Assembly: GCF_004010195.1 (NCBI RefSeq)
Contig: NW_025214056.1
Location: forward strand, 1-38,691
DNA: 38,691 nucleotides
Direction of reading: 5' to 3'
Origin: Chiloscyllium plagiosum
Taxonomy: Eukaryota
Shown here: in pieces, positions 33,946-38,691 of the stretch
Position numbering within the stretch: position 1 is the first letter of the stretch
Layout of the letters: every line of letters begins with the position of its first letter
Notes under the pieces: model-generated
What the model saw: only the letters and a program-made list of their open reading frames with translations
Told to the model about the DNA's origin: nothing
The model's database searches: none
Made by a program: the position numbers and the translations under genes

Positions 33946-34106
33946 CAATAAAACCCCAAAAAACTGTGGATGCTGTAAATCAGAAACAAAACAGAAATTG
34001 CTGGAAAAGCTCAGCAGGTCTCAGCACTTGTCAAGAGAAATCAAAGTTAATGTTTCGGGTTCCATAATCCTTCCTCAGAATCTCCAGCAATTTCTGTTTT
34101 TATTTC
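33946..34106. mobile_element. Penelope-derived insertion with short inverted arm and 10-bp TSD
   Basis: aaacagaaattgctgga.../tccagcaatttctgttt arms; minus strand reads CTGAGGA-AGG...CCC-GAAAC; TSD ccaaacatct at 33936-33945 and 34107-34116. Confidence 0.75.
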
Positions 34107-34379
34107 CCAAACATCTTTAGCTGCTCAACCATTAGGTTAGCAGTGGGAATATTTGCTGATGCACCAGTGAACTCCTCAAATACTTAAGCAGATTGTCTTC
34201 ATAAGCAATGACACCTGGACAGCATCTCTGTTTGGAGTGATATGTATATATTGTGAACACAGATAAGCAGCATTGGAGTGCATGATATAAGGCAGGATGA
34301 AAATAAAGAAAATATACCAAATAAATAATTATCAGGAAAGCAAAGAGAAGGTATGCTGTTGGAGGAACAGAAAATCAAA

Positions 34380-36400
34380 TACTTTACAGCTACATCATTA
34401 AAAAAGGTTTAATGACAACAGGACAATAAGGGACAGTTAGGATAGCATGACAGCAATGGTTATCATATAGAGAAATAGCAGAAATGTGAAGTAACTATTT
34501 TGATTCAGTATTTGATCAGTCAGATGACAACTGGTAGACAAAACACAGAATTATGAGAAGTGTGATGAGATAAGGGCATTTAGATTTTTTTTCTAAAAGA
34601 TGAACAAACTAACTTAATGCAAAAGAGAGTCAAGTTCCTGGTCTTAATGAATTACTGCTAGCCATAGAATTACTAGCCATATGTAATCATTTGATTGGAA
34701 TAGGTATAGTGCCAGAACTCTGGCAAATAGCTAATATGATTCCTATATTTCAGAAGAGGACAAAAACATTTCCATGATATTACTGACCAATCAGATTAAC
34801 ACCAGTGGTTGGAAAATAATGTAATTCTTAGTATAGTAGAATATCTATAATAGTAGGACATCTAGAAATAAGAAATAAACTAATGAATAGTCAGTATGGA
34901 TTTCAAAAGGAAAAGTCTTGTTTCATCAACCTGACGAAGTCTGCAAAATAATGGAGAGGAGACAATAGTAATAATCTTTTACAATAGATTAATAAAGTCA
35001 GAAATGGAGAGTCCAGAGACAAGTGGTAGAATTAATTCTTAGTTGTCTGCAAAACGTGAAAGTACAGAATGGGTGTAAAGGAGTGGCAGATGATGGGAAA
35101 TGGTGTTTCACAAGGATCATTTATGGGATCACTATTGTTCACACTGTACATTGGTGACCTCGACTGTGGAATCAAAAAAATTCTAAATTCACAGATGATA
35201 CATTTCATTTACAGGGAGAGTAATCAGTTGTGGAGAGGATTACAGCAAATTACAGGATACGAATAAACTTGCAAAATGAAAAAAAATTGGCTAAATAAAG
35301 TTCAACAGATAAATGTTAGGTTGTATATTTTGTGAGGAAGAACAGGGTGATCATTTTTTACTTGGAAGAATTTAATCCATGTGGTAAAGGAACAAAGCTA
35401 TCAACACACCAATATATTAAACACTAAATATTTAGGAACAGATATAAACAGATATTGCTGGAAAAACTCAGCAGGTCTGGCAGCATGTGTGGAGGGAAAT
35501 AGGACTTTGTGTTTTGAGTCCAGTGACCCTATGTCAGAACTAAATATTGGGCAACAGATGGGCAAGATCACAAATATATAAATCAAACACCACATTTTAC
35601 TTGACAAGGGGTGAATTTAAAAAGTAGAGGAGTTTAAATTACTCTAAACCTGTATCAAATATAGGACTTGAGAGCAAGCCACCTTTGGCCCTTCAATCAG
35701 CACTACATGTAGTCTAGGAGCAAATTACTGCAGATGGTGGAACCTGTATTGAAAACCACAAATACTTGAGATCAGTGGGTCAGACAGCATTCACGGAAAG
35801 ACAGCAAGCTAATGTTGAGTCAGAGGGTCAGTGTGGACTTGGTGGGCCGAAGGGCCTGTTTCCACACTGTAGGGGATCTAATCTAATCAAACATCAGAGC
35901 TCTGATGTTGAGTCATCTAGACTCGAAACATCAGCTTGCTCTCTCCATGGATACTGTCTGACCTACTGGCATCTCCAGCATTTGGTATTTTCAGTACAGA
36001 TCGTAGAGATACAGCAGAATGCGTAGAGAAGATTTACACAGATACAATGAGCAAAGTATGGACAGGCCAAAATACTTTAGTTTCCTGAAAAGATCTAACT
36101 AGACACCCTTAAAATTATGAAAGCTTTCAGCAAAATAAACACCGAGAAATTGTTTCCTCTTTGTTGTGTAACAGCATAAACAGAGGGCATCAACATAAGG
36201 TGGTCACCAAGAAACACAAAAAAGCGAACTCAGAAGTTTCTCAACACAAAGCATGTAACTCACTAACAAAAGGAGTGGCTGAAGCAAAGTACGTGGACTA
36301 TTTAACGTGAAGCAGGACAGGTGGATGAACGAGATGGGTACAGGGGGTTCCAATGATTTAACTGAGGAGGCTCAAGTGAAGCATCAAGATTAGCAGTATA
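34380..36400 (+). mobile_element. Highly degraded CR1-clade LINE with nested insertions
   Basis: GVSQGSFMGSLLFTLYIGDLD (RT 'GVPQGS.LGP.LF..Y..D') in ORF 35069-35266; cagtatggattt...aaagtcttg RT motif near 34890. Confidence 0.75.
35718..36000. mobile_element. Fold-back Penelope-derived insertion containing a nested V-SINE 3' fragment (~35822-35889)
   Basis: Arms ctgtattgaaaaccacaaatac...cagcaagctaatgttgagtc / gactcgaaacatcagcttgct...gtattttcagtacag; the SINE tail gggccgaagggcctgtttccacactgt...ctaatctaatc is inserted between them. Confidence 0.7.
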
Positions 36401-36715
36401 TCCGAGGTAAACAATACTACATCTGGGAGTTAACCAGTGATTTAGAAATATTTAATATGGTTCACTGTTGTACTCAATGTCTGTATTGATAAAGTCAAGG
36501 ATAATATCCAAGTTTCACGACTTTCTGGACCTGTCCAGTTGGTTATTCAATACCCGAGATTCTCTCTTTCTCCACATATCGAGCCCAGCATCTAAACAAT
36601 CAGCTGAAACCCGCATTCATAATATTCACAACATTCAGTGAGTTCCCTAATGCCAGTCGCGGTCTCCCTCACACCTTGACTGCGAGTTGAATTACTGTAT
36701 GACCCACTCTCTCAC

Positions 36716-36734
36716 CTCGGTTCCTCTCCGCCAT
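36716..36734 (-). CDS. BET1L: BET1L coding exon 1 (start codon)
   Basis: ATG GCG GAG AGG AAC CGA G|GTGAG: 19 nt, phase 1, joining in frame to the 92-nt exon 2. The four exons total 111 aa, the recalled length of human BET1L. Lies beside a GC/CpG-rich promoter region. Confidence 0.88.
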
Positions 36735-36761
36735 ATCTGCGGCAGCAGCATCCGGGATTCA

Positions 36762-37530
36762 GAGGGGCGGGGCCACCTATCCGGGAGAGACGGGGCTAAC
36801 TTCCATCGATCAGGAAGAGGTGGGGTCAACTGTGCATCAATAAGGGAGAGGCGGGGCCAATGGTCAATCAAACCGGGAGAGGCGGGACTAATTTGCGAAT
36901 AGGGAAAGGAGCGGCCAGCTGTCCATCAGGGAGCATCGGGGCCAATTTGCCAGTAGGGAGAGGAGGGGCCAACGGTCCACCAGAGAGAGAGGCGGGAACA
37001 AGTTTCTATCAGTCAGTGGCGGGACCAACTTTCCGTTAGAGAGAGAGGCCAACTGTCCATAATCGATTTAGAGATGCCGGTGTTGGACTGGGGTGTATAA
37101 AGTTAAAAATCACACAACATCAGGGTATAGTCCAACAGGTTTAATTGGAAGCACACTAGCTTTCGGAGCGACGCTTCCTAATGAGCGTCGCTGCGAAAGC
37201 TAGTGTGCTTCCAATTAAACCTGTTGGACTATAACCTGGTGTTGTGTGATTTTTAACTTTGTCCATCAATGAGAGCGTTTGGGCCAACTATCCATCAACA
37301 CGGGAGAGTCGAGATCAACTGTCTATCAAACAGTGAGAGGTGGGGGTCACCGGTCGGTCAATCAGGAAGAGGCGGGGCCATCTGTCCATCAGCGAGAGGC
37401 AGGGCTACCTGTCCATCAATGACAGAGAGCGGCCACGTGTCCATCAATCAGGTTGAGGAGGAGCCGCCAGTCCATCAATCATGAAGAGGCGGGGCTACGT
37501 GTCCATCAATCAGGGAGCGCCTGTCCAACT
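36762..37530 (-). promoter_or_regulatory. Putative BET1L promoter built of a ~27-33-bp minisatellite (consensus gggagaGGCGGGGCCAActgtccatcaatca)
   Basis: About 20 degenerate units beginning ~30 nt upstream of the ATG; many contain an Sp/KLF GC box (GGCGGG) next to CCAAT-like or TCAATCA motifs. Confidence 0.7.
37064..37260. mobile_element. Young fold-back Penelope-derived insertion within the promoter minisatellite
   Basis: ~75-bp arms aaagttaaaaatcacacaac...ctagctttcg / cgaaagctag...gttgtgtgatttttaacttt; CpGs largely retained; tgtccat on both flanks. Confidence 0.88.
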
Positions 37531-37929
37531 GTCAAAGAATCATACAGCCTCGTTGTTCTTCACTGTGTTTTCCACGATATGGATGCTGGGGGAAAAAACA
37601 CACTTGGGCTGTTTTGCGATAGTGTGGGGATTTATGGGCAAAAAAGAAAAAAAATAGAATCATACAGCATATAAACAGACCCTTCATTCCAACTAGACCA
37701 TGCCAACCAAACCAAACTAGTCCCTCTTGTCTGCATTTGGCCCATATCCCTCTAAATCTTTACTCTTCATCTATCTATCTAAATGTCTTTTAAATGTGTC
37801 CATCAGTCAGAGAGAGGGGGGAGCACTGTCAATCAATCCGGTGAAATAGGGGTCTTTACCTCTCTATAAAACAACGCTCCTAGTATTTGACATTACCAAT
37901 CAGGGAAAAAGATTCCAACTATCCATGTT

Positions 37930-38691
37930 ATACAGTCATAGTCATAGAGATGTACAACACAGAAACAGACCCTTCAAACCAACCTCTCCATGCCAACCAG
38001 ATATTTTAAATAACTCTAGTCCCATTTGCCTGCACTTGGCCCATATTGCTTTAAACACTTCCTATTCTTATACCCATTCAGATGTCCTTTTTATGTTGTG
38101 ATTGAACCAGCCTCCACCACTTCCTCTGATAGCTCATGTCACACATGCTCCATACTCTGCATGAAAAAGTTGACCCTTGGGTCACTTATAAATATTTTCC
38201 CTCTCACCTTAAACTTATGCCCTCTAGTTCTGGACTCCCACTCCCTCGGGGAAAGACTTTGTCTATTTGCCCTATCCATGCTCCTCGTGAATTTATAATC
38301 TATAGGGTCACCACTCTGCCTCTGACACTTCAGAAAAAAAAAGTCTCAGCCTATCAGCGTCTCCCTATAGCTCAAATCTTCCAACCTTCCTTTCAAGTTT
38401 CATAACATCCTTCTGTTAGGAGGAAGACCAGAATTGCACACAACATACCAAATGTGGCCTAACCAATGTCCTGCACATCCGCAACATGACCTTCCAACTC
38501 CAGTACTCAATGCTGTGTCCAATGAAGGAAAACATACCAAATGCCTTCTTCACTATACTATCTACCTATGACTCCACTTTCAAGGAACTATGAACCTGCA
38601 TTCCAAGGTCTCTTTGTTCAGCAACACTCCCCAGGACCTTACCATTAAGTGTATAAGTACTGCTCTAATTTGCATTCCAAATGTAGCACCT
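37930..38691 (-). mobile_element. CR1/HER1-like LINE 3' fragment (runs off the window); a shorter piece lies at ~37655-37795
   Basis: agtcatagtcatagag tail and body near-identical in organisation to 26445-27179. Confidence 0.9.

Noticed and set aside
36762..37530. CRISPR-like array
   Set aside because: Eukaryotic context; degenerate head-to-tail units without unique spacers; no cas genes.

Overview
Vertebrate genomic DNA, almost certainly from a cartilaginous fish: it carries V-domain HE1-type SINEs, CR1/HER1-type LINE debris and Penelope-like elements. Three protein-coding genes are readable. (1) The last two coding exons of an ODF3/CIMAP1A-type PGP-repeat gene lie on the + strand (717-857, 3096-3185). 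(2) A complete 4-exon BET1L Golgi SNARE lies on the - strand (36716-36734, 13933-14024, 10633-10689, 7574-7741; 111 aa; all introns GT-AG). (3) An uninterrupted 4.8-kb single-exon ORF (20322-25160, 1612 aa) encodes an MROH1-like HEAT-repeat protein nested antisense inside the 22.7-kb first intron of BET1L, most likely an old, still-intact retrogene. The non-coding DNA holds about ten short Penelope-derived insertions. Most are fold-back hairpins with target-site duplications, several carry hammerhead-ribozyme-like cores, and the fold-back or truncation points often fall at the ribozyme stem II. There is also a composite 5S rRNA + tRNA-like SINE with a 13-bp TSD, and a GC-box minisatellite upstream of the BET1L start. 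Protein and repeat-family identities come from recalled sequences, not from database searches, and LINE boundaries are approximate.
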